In this document: in pieces, positions 26,948 to 35,643 of the stretch | Layout of the letters: every line of letters starts with the position of its first letter | Numbering within the stretch: position 1 is the stretch's first letter | DNA from: an uncultured Alteromonadaceae bacterium | Lineage (GTDB): Bacteria > Pseudomonadota > Gammaproteobacteria > Pseudomonadales > Halieaceae | NCBI GenBank assembly: GCA_964613795.1 | Contig: CAZTJR010000005.1 | Coordinates: 35,656-99,655, forward strand | Reading direction: 5' to 3' | DNA length: 64,000 bases | Notes under the pieces: model-generated | Seen by the model: the letters and a program-made list of their open reading frames with translations, nothing else | Databases searched by the model: none | What the model was told of the DNA's origin: nothing | Position numbers and translations under genes: made by a program

Positions 26948-27442
26948 ATGAACCGATTCGTTATTCTTCTGGCCTGGGCCATTCACTGGCTGCCACACCC
27001 CTTCGGCGTATCCAGTATCGGTGCGACTGCCTTGTACGCTGGTGCCTACGGCAAGCGCGGGAGCGCCTGGCTGGTGCCGCTGGCGCCCCTGGCACTGGTG
27101 GCGCTGTTTACTGCCACCTACCCTACTGCCGTCATGCTGTGTGTCTTTGCCGGATTCGCACTGGCGACGGCAATCGGTCGACTGTGCCTTGCCCGCCGCC
27201 GCTCGCCGGCGCGATTCGCGGTCGCCTTGGTTGCGGCGGCGGGGGCCTTCTATCTCGTATCCAACCTGGGCGTCTGGCTCGCCGGGTATTATCCCGCCAC
27301 GCCGGCAGGCCTTCTGGCCTGCTATATTGCCGGACTTCCCTTTCTTGGACTATCACTGATGGCTGACACGGCGTATTCGGCAGTGCTGTTCGGTCTGCAT
27401 GCGCTGGCAGCGAATCGGGGTCCGAGGTCGGTCCCGGCATGA
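26948..27442 (+). CDS. small polytopic membrane protein (DUF6580-like putative transporter)
   Basis: 164 aa from ATG 26948; the track ORF is 5'-extended into btuB. Almost entirely hydrophobic. Its stop overlaps the next ATG (ATGA). The family name is from memory. Confidence 0.65.
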   Translation: MNRFVILLAWAIHWLPHPFGVSSIGATALYAGAYGKRGSAWLVPLAPLALVALFTATYPTAVMLCVFAGFALATAIGRLCLARRRSPARFAVALVAAAGAFYLVSNLGVWLAGYYPATPAGLLACYIAGLPFLGLSLMADTAYSAVLFGLHALAANRGPRSVPA

Positions 27443-28368
27443 GGATCGTCTCACTGCTGCCCAGCGCAACGGAAATCGTCTGCGCGCTGGGACTGCAGCA
27501 GCACCTGGTCGGTGTATCGCACGGCTGTAATTATCCGCCCGGCGTCGAGGCGCTGCCGCGCATGACCAGCACCCGGGTGCCCTACACAGCGGGCAGCGAC
27601 GAGATTGATGCCTATGTGCGCGAGCATCTTGGCGACAACACCGCCCTTTATGACCTCGATATGGCAGCGCTGGCGGCCGTGCGACCCGACGTTGTCGTAT
27701 CCCAGGCCCTGTGCGACGTATGCGCCGTGGCGACCGGCGACGTGCGTGACGCCATCCGATCGCTTCCAGGCTCGCCACAGCTGATCGACCTCACACCCAA
27801 CTCGTTGACCGATGTCTTTGACGACATGCTCCGGGTTGGCGATGCCACCGGCTCGCAGGCCCGTGCCCGACAGCTTGTCGCCAGCCTGGGCGCCCGGCGA
27901 GATCGGGTGGCAGAACGTTCGGAACGCATTGCAAAGGCCGACCGTCCCAGAGTGATGTTCTTCGAGTGGCTGCTGCCGCCCTTCAGTGGCGGCCACTGGA
28001 ACCCGGAGCTGGTTACCCTCGCCGGCGGTGATGATCTGTTGGGAAGCCCTGGTGGCCCCTCGCGCACGCTGGACTGGCAATCGGTAAGCGACGTATCACC
28101 GGACCTTGCCTTCGTCGCATGCTGTGGCTTCACGATCGAGAGAACGCTGGCCGATATCGCTGCGCTCAGCGACAACCCGGCGTGGCTGTCGCTGCCAGCG
28201 GTGCAGTCGCATCGAGTGTGCGTTGCTGACGGCAATGCCTACTTTTCCAGCCCGGGGCCCCGACTCCTCGACGGTCTCGAGCTGATGGCTCACGCTCTGC
28301 ATCCCAGCGTTCATCCAGCACCGGAAACAGGCAGCGTCTGGCGGCCCGGCGATCAGTTAGGCCAGTAG
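27439..28368 (+). CDS. BtuF-like cobalamin-binding protein (periplasmic-binding-protein fold) with no signal peptide
   Basis: 309 aa. N-terminus MRIVSLLPSATEIVCALGL is the conserved first beta-strand of the BtuF/FhuD-type fold, with no signal sequence before it. Confidence 0.7.
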   Translation: MRIVSLLPSATEIVCALGLQQHLVGVSHGCNYPPGVEALPRMTSTRVPYTAGSDEIDAYVREHLGDNTALYDLDMAALAAVRPDVVVSQALCDVCAVATGDVRDAIRSLPGSPQLIDLTPNSLTDVFDDMLRVGDATGSQARARQLVASLGARRDRVAERSERIAKADRPRVMFFEWLLPPFSGGHWNPELVTLAGGDDLLGSPGGPSRTLDWQSVSDVSPDLAFVACCGFTIERTLADIAALSDNPAWLSLPAVQSHRVCVADGNAYFSSPGPRLLDGLELMAHALHPSVHPAPETGSVWRPGDQLGQ

Positions 28369-30011
28369 ACCCAGATATCTCCTTTCAGAAACCGTTCGGC
28401 CAGGGTTTTATCAACGGCAGCAGGTCCCTGTAGCGTGCTGGGATAGAGCGGCGGTCGCCGATTGGCGAGGTGCGCATCGAGCAGTGCATGCAGTCGCGTC
28501 GCAACCGCCGGGTGCGAATCGCTGACGTCACGCCTTTCCGTGGCGTCGTCGGCCAGATTGAACAGACGCGAGAACGCCGGCCTCTCACTGCGCTGTAGCT
28601 TCCAGTTGCCGGCCCGCACCGCCTGATAATAATCGCTGTGCCAGAAGATGGCCTCATGCGGCGCCGCTTCACTTTCGGCCCGCGCCAGAGGCAACAGGTT
28701 GCGGCCATCAATCACCCGGTCGCCCGGTAATGCAGCACCGGCTGCGGCGACCAGGCTCGGCATCACATCGATATGTGCCGCCGGCTGTGCAACCCGCTGT
28801 CCCCGCGGAATATGCCCGGGCCAGCGCATGAACAGGGGCACCCGCAGCCCCCCTTCATACAAAGTCAGTTTCCAGCCACGGTAGGGTGCGTTCAAATCCG
28901 GAAGACCGATATAGCCCGGCGCACCGTTATCGCTGGTGAGCACCACCAGCGTATTCTCATCCAGACCCTGGGCCTCAAGACTGTCGAGAATACGCCCGAC
29001 ACTGCGATCCAGCGCGCGCACCATGGCCGCATAGACACGCAGACGATGTGGCTGGATATCCCCCACCGCATCGTAATCGGTGCGAGTAGCCTGTAGCGGC
29101 GAGTGTGTTCCCCAGTGCGCCAGATACAGAAAAAACGGGCGGTCACGGTTGCGCTCTATCACGCGCACGGCCTCGTCGGTCCAATAGTCCGTTAGATAGC
29201 CACCGGGCGCGAACCATTCACTGCCGTTGAAGCTGTTGGCGTAGCGCATACGCGCCCACAGAAACCGATCTATGGGGTCGAACTCGAGCCTTGCGTTGAC
29301 CGCATCCGGATGCGACTCGGGCAGGTAAAGTCCGCTGGCCATCAGCAAGCTGTCGTCGAAACCCTGGTCATTCGGGTGCGAGCCGGGCCCACGGCCAAGA
29401 TGCCATTTTCCGATGTGCGCGGTGTAATAGCCGGCACTCTGCAATACTTCCGCGACGGTAACTTCATCCCCCGGCAGTCCCATGTCCTCAAACGCAGGGA
29501 GGGCTTCCGCTGCCTCCGAGTTGTATCGGACCGGCGGCAAGCCATTGTTGCCGGTGCCGGTGATGACACTCAAGGCCCTGCCCATTCCAGGCGGCATTGG
29601 CGTGAACTCAAAACCCGTGCGGGTCGGGTAGCGCCCCGTCATGAGCATCGCGCGCGACGGCGCGCAGGTGGCGCTGCCGGCATAGGCCTGCGAGAAAGAC
29701 GCACCCTCGCGCGCGAGACGGTCGATATTCGGGGTGCCTACTCTGCCCTCGGCGACGCCACCGCCGAAGGTCGACAGGTCGTTGATCCCGAAATCGTCGA
29801 GCACGATAAATATAATATTTGGCTGCGGCACGTCCCCCCGAGCCAGCACCGGTGCGGTGACGTGCCGCCACTCAATCAACCGGGTGGCGGCGACCTGTTC
29901 GCCGGCACCGCGCCAGGCGAGCACCGCCAGCAGCGCCTCGGCACGAAAGAGCCAGAGTAACGAGGCCGCCAGGAGCGAGAGAACTGCGCCAGCCACAAGC
30001 CACTTGTTCAT
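28353..30011 (-). CDS. arylsulfatase-family sulfatase (formylglycine-dependent)
   Basis: Start ATG 30011 (MNKWLVAGAVLSLLAASLL, signal/anchor). Sulfatase signature CAPSRAMLMTGR (C-x-P-x-R) after IIFIVLDDFG. Confidence 0.85.
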   Translation of the reverse strand: MNKWLVAGAVLSLLAASLLWLFRAEALLAVLAWRGAGEQVAATRLIEWRHVTAPVLARGDVPQPNIIFIVLDDFGINDLSTFGGGVAEGRVGTPNIDRLAREGASFSQAYAGSATCAPSRAMLMTGRYPTRTGFEFTPMPPGMGRALSVITGTGNNGLPPVRYNSEAAEALPAFEDMGLPGDEVTVAEVLQSAGYYTAHIGKWHLGRGPGSHPNDQGFDDSLLMASGLYLPESHPDAVNARLEFDPIDRFLWARMRYANSFNGSEWFAPGGYLTDYWTDEAVRVIERNRDRPFFLYLAHWGTHSPLQATRTDYDAVGDIQPHRLRVYAAMVRALDRSVGRILDSLEAQGLDENTLVVLTSDNGAPGYIGLPDLNAPYRGWKLTLYEGGLRVPLFMRWPGHIPRGQRVAQPAAHIDVMPSLVAAAGAALPGDRVIDGRNLLPLARAESEAAPHEAIFWHSDYYQAVRAGNWKLQRSERPAFSRLFNLADDATERRDVSDSHPAVATRLHALLDAHLANRRPPLYPSTLQGPAAVDKTLAERFLKGDIWVYWPN

Positions 30012-30211
30012 TACCTGTTGCCTCTCCGGTGGGAATTGAACCGTCAAGGCACGGACTCCTGCGTTCTGCCGGGTCAAATAGCATACACGATCACGCTCGT
30101 GAGGAACGAATAATAGAATTCGGTCCTTCGCCGTACGACACGCAAAACATGCAGTTGTCGGGTGGTCCCAGGGCAGCCTCCAGACTACACTTGGCCTCGA
30201 GGATACAGACT

Positions 30212-31060
30212 ATGCCAGCGAGCACCCATTATCAGCGCGTTGCCTTTGCAATTCGCTTCCTGCAGCATCACCACCGGAAACAACCCTCACTCAGCGAACT
30301 CGCTGCGGCCGTGCACTTGAGCCAAGCACACTTCCAGCGTGTTTTGACCGCCTGGGCAGGGGTCAGCCCGAAAATGTTCCTGCAATACCTGACGCTTGAG
30401 CATGCAAGGGCACTGCTCGCCGAACAGGCGGCCGTCGAGGAGACAACCAGCGCCTCGGTGCTGGCCGATACGGGACGATTGCACGATCTTTTCATCACGC
30501 TTGACGGCATGACACCGGATGAGTTCCGCCGCGGCGACGCGACACTGCAGATTAGAACGGCAGTGCATGAGACCCACTTTGGCCGCGTGCTCATCGCCTC
30601 AACCGGTCGCGGCATCTGTTCGCTCAGCTTTGTTGACGACGACAATGAATCAGCAATGCTCGAGGCTCTCGGGCGACAATTCCCGAACGCCGTGTTGACT
30701 TGCGGCACCGACGCGCAGCAGCAGGCCGCTCTGCGCTGCTTCGGCGGTTCCGGGCGAATGCAGGAACCGGTGCAGCTTCATGTGCAGGGCAGCCCCTTTC
30801 AGCTGAAGGTCTGGGAAAGCCTGCTGCGCATTCCATCGGGCCGTCTTGTCACCTACGCGCAGATTGCCGGGGAGCTCGGCAACCCTGGTGCAGCCCGTGC
30901 GGTGGGCGCCGCCATCGGCAGCAATCCGGTGGCAGTATTGATACCCTGCCACCGCGTTATTCGCAGCTGCGGCGCCCTTGGAGGCTACCGCTGGGGCCTG
31001 CCGCGCAAGGCTGCGCTTATCGGCTGGGAGTCGGCGCAGCAGGCATTATCGGAAGCGTGA
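30212..31060 (+). CDS. AraC-type HTH domain fused to methylated-DNA-protein-cysteine S-methyltransferase (Ada-like)
   Basis: 282 aa from ATG 30212. AraC-type HTH (LSELAAAVHLSQAHFQRVLTAWAGVSPKMFLQ), then an Ogt domain with active site IPCHRVI. No N-terminal Cys4 zinc domain visible. Confidence 0.8.
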   Translation: MPASTHYQRVAFAIRFLQHHHRKQPSLSELAAAVHLSQAHFQRVLTAWAGVSPKMFLQYLTLEHARALLAEQAAVEETTSASVLADTGRLHDLFITLDGMTPDEFRRGDATLQIRTAVHETHFGRVLIASTGRGICSLSFVDDDNESAMLEALGRQFPNAVLTCGTDAQQQAALRCFGGSGRMQEPVQLHVQGSPFQLKVWESLLRIPSGRLVTYAQIAGELGNPGAARAVGAAIGSNPVAVLIPCHRVIRSCGALGGYRWGLPRKAALIGWESAQQALSEA

Positions 31061-31190
31061 TATGAACGTGCACGCAGGATGCGTAACGTCCTCGTTGCCA
31101 GCCACACGCGGTCTCGGCATGGGCGCAGGCATGACACTCCGTCATACTTTGGGTGACTTTTTGCCCTATTCCACGGACTGATTCCTGCAC

Positions 31191-31799
31191 ATGGATCTTT
31201 TCAGCGACAGTTACCGCTATCTCGGAAACCTGCTGCCACGCGATGGCACAGTGACTTACCACGGCGCCGTGATGGCGCAACAGAGCGCGGACCACTATTT
31301 TGGATCGCTGTTTCGCGACATCGCCTGGGAGCACGATCAGGTAGTGATGTTCGGAAAGCGCATTGTCACGGCGCGCAAGGTGGCCTGGTATGCGGACACG
31401 CCATTGAACTACACCTATTCACGTATTACCCGCACGGCCCTGCCCTGGACAGCGCCGCTGCAGTCCATTCGCGCGATTGTCCAACGTCATACCGGAGAGG
31501 CCTTCAACGCCTGTCTGCTCAACCTGTACCACAGCGGCAGCGAGGGCATGGGCTGGCACAGCGATGACGAGCGCGACCTGGTGCGCGGCGGCACTATCGC
31601 CTCAATCAGCCTTGGCGCGGCGCGCAAGTTTGCCTTCAAGCACCGCCACAGCAAGGAAACGGTCTCACTGGAGCTTGAGCACGGTAGCCTGCTGGTCATG
31701 CGGGGTGAAACACAGCGCTACTGGCTGCACAGACTGCCACCAACGAAAAAAGTCTCATCACCGAGAGTCAATCTCACATTCCGGCAGATGGCCCACTAG
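31191..31799 (+). CDS. alkB: alpha-ketoglutarate-dependent dioxygenase AlkB (DNA/RNA dealkylation repair)
   Basis: 202 aa. Fe(II)/2OG motifs GMGWHSDDE ... WLHRLP ... RVNLTFR. Located next to the ada-like gene. Confidence 0.85.
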   Translation: MDLFSDSYRYLGNLLPRDGTVTYHGAVMAQQSADHYFGSLFRDIAWEHDQVVMFGKRIVTARKVAWYADTPLNYTYSRITRTALPWTAPLQSIRAIVQRHTGEAFNACLLNLYHSGSEGMGWHSDDERDLVRGGTIASISLGAARKFAFKHRHSKETVSLELEHGSLLVMRGETQRYWLHRLPPTKKVSSPRVNLTFRQMAH

Positions 31800-32119
31800 C
31801 GCTCGCAAAGATAGGCGCGATAGCGCCCCTGCCCCTCTTCTGCCCGATCCCTCACCAGGGTATCTGCACCCAGACCCAGGGCCTGATTCCTGGCCAGGTC
31901 GTCAAGCTCAGTCTGTACCTTTTCCGCGTTACGCGCGACACCCGCCACCTTCCACTTCACCTGGGTGGTGACATTTCCCAGCTGCCTGCAGTTTGCAACC
32001 TCGGTCTCCTCGACAATAGTCACCGCTCTGGCCTCTTCCGGTATTTTCACCCAGGTACAACCCACAAGAAGTGAGGTGATAAACAGTGAATTGATGAAAA
32101 GGACAGAACGACTGGACAT
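31796..32119 (-). CDS. DUF4156-like small lipoprotein
   Basis: 107 aa. Lipoprotein signal SLFITSLLVGC. Two further conserved Cys (ANCRQLG, AYLCER). Its 3' end overlaps the alkB 3' end by 4 nt. Confidence 0.7.
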   Translation of the reverse strand: MSSRSVLFINSLFITSLLVGCTWVKIPEEARAVTIVEETEVANCRQLGNVTTQVKWKVAGVARNAEKVQTELDDLARNQALGLGADTLVRDRAEEGQGRYRAYLCER

Positions 32120-32159
32120 AAAGCATTCTCAATATCGCGGAACCGGGCTGCCAGCTTAC

Positions 32160-32213
32160 TGGCAAACAGCGGGGCACTGGAAGACAATGGCCCGCTGTTT
32201 GCCACCATTTTTT
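32160..32213 (+). terminator. strong rho-independent-type terminator hairpin plus T6, 48 nt upstream of the SLC13 transporter start
   Basis: TGGCAAACAGCGGG (32160-32173) pairs perfectly with CCCGCTGTTTGCCA (32191-32204). 17-nt loop, then CCA-TTTTTT (32208-32213). Confidence 0.7.
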
Positions 32214-32260
32214 AGATAGAAGGCATATCGTGCACCGGCCCGCCAGAGAAGCAACCCGTC

Positions 32261-34099
32261 ATGACCACACCACAGATCCTGATTATCGCCATCCTGCTCT
32301 CCACCGTGGCCATGTTCCTGTGGGGCCGTTGGCGTCACGATATGGTGGCCCTGGGGTCACTGCTGGCCTGTGTCGTCACGGGATTGGTCGATCCCTCGGT
32401 GGCCTTCAGCGGTTTCGGGCATCCCGCGGTGGTCACGGTCGCCTGCGTACTGGTCCTGAGTCGTGGCCTGCAGGCCTCCGGCGCCGTTGACGCTCTCGCC
32501 CGTGTAGCGCTGCCCGGTGATGCCGGGCCACTTGCCAGCCTGGCTGCCATTGTGGCGCTGGGTGCCGTGCTGTCCGGATTCATGAATAATGTGGGTGCCA
32601 TGGCGCTCCTCATGCCGATTGCGCTGCAGGTATCCAGGGAGCACGAGCTGCCACAGGGAAAGGTCCTGATGCCACTGGCATTCGGCACCATTCTCGGCGG
32701 TATGACCACCATGATCGGCACGCCTCCCAACCTGATTGTCTCCGGTTTTCGCGCCGAGTCCGGTGGCGGCAGTTTCGGCATGTTTGACTTCACGCCCGTC
32801 GGCCTTACGGTAGCCCTGATCGGCACGCTTTTCGTGATATTGCTCGGACGCAAGCTTGTGCCCGCCCGGGAACAGCACGCAGCCAGGGACTTCGCGACCG
32901 GCGCCTATCTGACGGAAGCCCGAGTCAAGGAGGATGGCAAGGCGTCCGGCATGACGCTGAGGGAGGTCGAATCCGCGCTGGGAGAGGATGGCGCGCAGAT
33001 TATCGGACTGGTGCGCAACGACGTTCGACTGGTTGCCCCACATCCCGGCCGTGAACTGCTCGACGACGATATTCTCATCATGGAGGCCGATGTCGAGGCT
33101 CTCGCCGATCTGTTATCGAAGCTGGGGTTGGAACTCGAAGCCACCGCATCGCGTGACGACGAGGATGGCGCAACTGAAAAAGGTAGCCAGTTGGAACAGC
33201 CAGTAGCTGCAGACAACACCGCAGAAAACGAGGGCGGACGCGAAGAACCCGTCCTCGGCGAACTTGCGGTGATGCCGTTGTCCTCGCTTGCCGGACGCTC
33301 GGCCGCCGACCTGCAGCTCGCGACACGCTACAATCTGAACCTCCTGGCGGTATCACGGGAAGGCGCCAGCGCGCGCAAGCGACTACGCCACATGGCTTTG
33401 CGTCCGGGCGATTTGCTGTTGATGCAGGGATCCGGGGAGTCCATTGCCGAATTCGCCGCCGACAATGGCTGTCTGCCGCTTGCCGAACGCGAGCTTCGTA
33501 TTCCGGATAAGCGCAAGGCCTGGATCGCCGGACTTATCATGGCTGGCGCGGTTGTCGGCGCGGCATTCGGGCTGTTGCCCGCGGCTATCTCCTTTGCTAT
33601 GGGCGTCCTCGCCTCCATGGCACTGAACACCGTGCCCCCACGCAATGTCTACAATGCCATCGACTGGCCGGTCATCGTGTTGCTGGCCGCGCTGATTCCG
33701 GTAGCCGAGGCGATGGCGGCAACCGGCGCCGCAGACCTTGTCGCGACTTTCCTGCTCACCACACTGGCCCAGGGCAACGCAATTGCCGTGCTTACGCTGA
33801 TTCTGGTGGTCACCATGTTTCTGTCAGATCTGATGAACAATGCGGCCACCGCCGCCGTGATGTGCCCGATCGCCATCGGCACGGCTTCCGCACTGGGTGT
33901 CAATCCGGATTCCTTCCTCATGGCTGTGGCGATCGGCGCGTCCTGTGCCTTCCTGACGCCCATAGGCCATCAGAACAACACCCTGATTCTCGGACCGGGT
34001 GGCTTCAACTTCGGTGATTTCTGGCGATTGGGTTTGCCGCTCGAGGCGCTCGTCGTTGCCGTAAGCGTTCCCATGCTGCTGTGGGTATGGCCACTCTGA
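32261..34099 (+). CDS. SLC13/DASS-family anion permease with two central TrkA-C (RCK_C) domains
   Basis: 612 aa. Two polytopic halves flank two TrkA-C-like segments (EARVKEDGKASGMTLREVE...ILIMEADVEAL and ELAVMPLSSLAGRSAADLQL...LLLMQGSGESI). Confidence 0.85.
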   Translation: MTTPQILIIAILLSTVAMFLWGRWRHDMVALGSLLACVVTGLVDPSVAFSGFGHPAVVTVACVLVLSRGLQASGAVDALARVALPGDAGPLASLAAIVALGAVLSGFMNNVGAMALLMPIALQVSREHELPQGKVLMPLAFGTILGGMTTMIGTPPNLIVSGFRAESGGGSFGMFDFTPVGLTVALIGTLFVILLGRKLVPAREQHAARDFATGAYLTEARVKEDGKASGMTLREVESALGEDGAQIIGLVRNDVRLVAPHPGRELLDDDILIMEADVEALADLLSKLGLELEATASRDDEDGATEKGSQLEQPVAADNTAENEGGREEPVLGELAVMPLSSLAGRSAADLQLATRYNLNLLAVSREGASARKRLRHMALRPGDLLLMQGSGESIAEFAADNGCLPLAERELRIPDKRKAWIAGLIMAGAVVGAAFGLLPAAISFAMGVLASMALNTVPPRNVYNAIDWPVIVLLAALIPVAEAMAATGAADLVATFLLTTLAQGNAIAVLTLILVVTMFLSDLMNNAATAAVMCPIAIGTASALGVNPDSFLMAVAIGASCAFLTPIGHQNNTLILGPGGFNFGDFWRLGLPLEALVVAVSVPMLLWVWPL

Positions 34100-34126
34100 C
34101 GCCAACCCGGGGGCACGGCTTACGGG

Positions 34127-34357
34127 CTATACATCATTTGCCAGGTCGCCACGCTCGTACTCTGCAATGACCGCTCTCGCGCTGTCCTCAGCGTGGTCTT
34201 CCACGGACAGGGTAGCGGAATCGAGTGCTGCCAGCTCACCGATTCCGCCCTGCAGGTAGTGGCCGCCGACGAAGACCTCAACACCTCGCGACTGCAGGAG
34301 ACCGGCGAGGATGTGGGCCTCGACGATATCCTGCGCCCGGTAGATGACTTTCATCAA
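34127..34357 (-). CDS. DUF2007-like putative signal-transducing protein
   Basis: 76 aa. MMKVIYRAQDIVEAHILAGLLQSRGVEVFV is the typical DUF2007 opening. 21 nt downstream of the dehydrogenase gene. Confidence 0.6.
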   Translation of the reverse strand: MMKVIYRAQDIVEAHILAGLLQSRGVEVFVGGHYLQGGIGELAALDSATLSVEDHAEDSARAVIAEYERGDLANDV

Positions 34358-34378
34358 CGAAATCCGGGCTGCACGCCG

Positions 34379-35518
34379 TCAGGAAGCCGGCGTCAGCTTG
34401 AGCAGCCGGCCCTGGCTGCCGGCACGCTCGTCTTCCAACACCCAGATCGCGCCATCCGGGCCCTCGGTAACGTTCCGGATGCGTGCGCCCATGTCATAAC
34501 GCTCCACCTCGCGGGCATTTTCGCCGTCAAGTTCAATACGCACGATCGCCTGCCCGGACAGTCCTGCCGCAAAGGCGTTACCCTGCCAATCCGCGAACAT
34601 GTCACCGCCATACACCATGATATCGCCGGGTGAGATAACGGGTGTCCAGGTAATAGCGGGTGCCTTGAACTCCGGCCGGGTGTCGTGGTCAGGGATGTCC
34701 CGGCCATCGTAGTGCCTGCCATTTGAAACAATCGGATACCCGTAGTTCTCGCCACGCTCGATCAGATTGAGCTCATCACCGCCGGCGGGGCCCATTTCGA
34801 TTGCCCAGAGCTGCTTGTCAGGGCCAAAGGCTATGCCCAGCGGGTTGCGATGGCCAAGGGACCAGATCTGGTCGTATACCCCGCCACCATCGACAAACGC
34901 GTTGTCGTCACGGTAGTTCACGAAAGGATTGTCTTCAGGCGCCGAGCCATCGTCGTGCAGACGAAGTATCTTGCCCAGCGATGACTGCATGTCCTGCGCC
35001 GGGGTAAACTTTTGCCGATCACCGGACGAGATCCAGAGATAACCCTCGTCATCAAACAGCAGGCGATGCGCGTAGTGGCCGCGACCGAGAACCTTCGGAT
35101 ACTGACGCCAGATGACCTCCATGTTCTCGAACTGCGGACTGCGACCGCCCTCGACAAGCTTGCCGCGGGCCACGGCCGCGCCACGGACGCCACCGTCGCC
35201 GGATTCCGCATAACTGATGTAGATGATGCCGTTCTCGGCGAATTCAGGATGTAGCGCAACATCACCCAGGCCACCCTGACCACCGTAGTCCACGTCGGGC
35301 AGGCCGACCACCGGGGAGTGCTTGTCACCCGCCTGCGTGACGATAATCAGGTTGCCTTTCTTTTCCGTGACCAGCATGCGGCCGTCGGGCATGAAGGCCA
35401 TCGACCAGGGCTCATCGAAACTCGTGATTGCCTCAACCTCAAACGGCAGATCGGTCTGGGCCGTCACCGTCGCGACAAGGAACATTCCTAACATGGGGGC
35501 TAACGCCTGTCTGAGCAT
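34379..35518 (-). CDS. PQQ-dependent soluble sugar (glucose/sorbosone) dehydrogenase, periplasmic
   Basis: Start ATG 35518 gives the signal peptide MLRQALAPMLGMFLVATVTAQ. Beta-propeller family blocks (WSMAFMPDGRMLVTEKKG, IWSLGHRNPLGIAF, GPAGGDELNLIERGENYGYP). Confidence 0.85.
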   Translation of the reverse strand: MLRQALAPMLGMFLVATVTAQTDLPFEVEAITSFDEPWSMAFMPDGRMLVTEKKGNLIIVTQAGDKHSPVVGLPDVDYGGQGGLGDVALHPEFAENGIIYISYAESGDGGVRGAAVARGKLVEGGRSPQFENMEVIWRQYPKVLGRGHYAHRLLFDDEGYLWISSGDRQKFTPAQDMQSSLGKILRLHDDGSAPEDNPFVNYRDDNAFVDGGGVYDQIWSLGHRNPLGIAFGPDKQLWAIEMGPAGGDELNLIERGENYGYPIVSNGRHYDGRDIPDHDTRPEFKAPAITWTPVISPGDIMVYGGDMFADWQGNAFAAGLSGQAIVRIELDGENAREVERYDMGARIRNVTEGPDGAIWVLEDERAGSQGRLLKLTPAS

Positions 35519-35643
35519 ACAACACCTCTTGCGCGGTTGATGAATGAAATTCGAGTATATCAGGAACGGTTCTCTGACACTTGCCGCTTCTGACGCCCCT
35601 GATATCGTCCGCTTCGCAACGCGCAATCACAATACAACACCTG

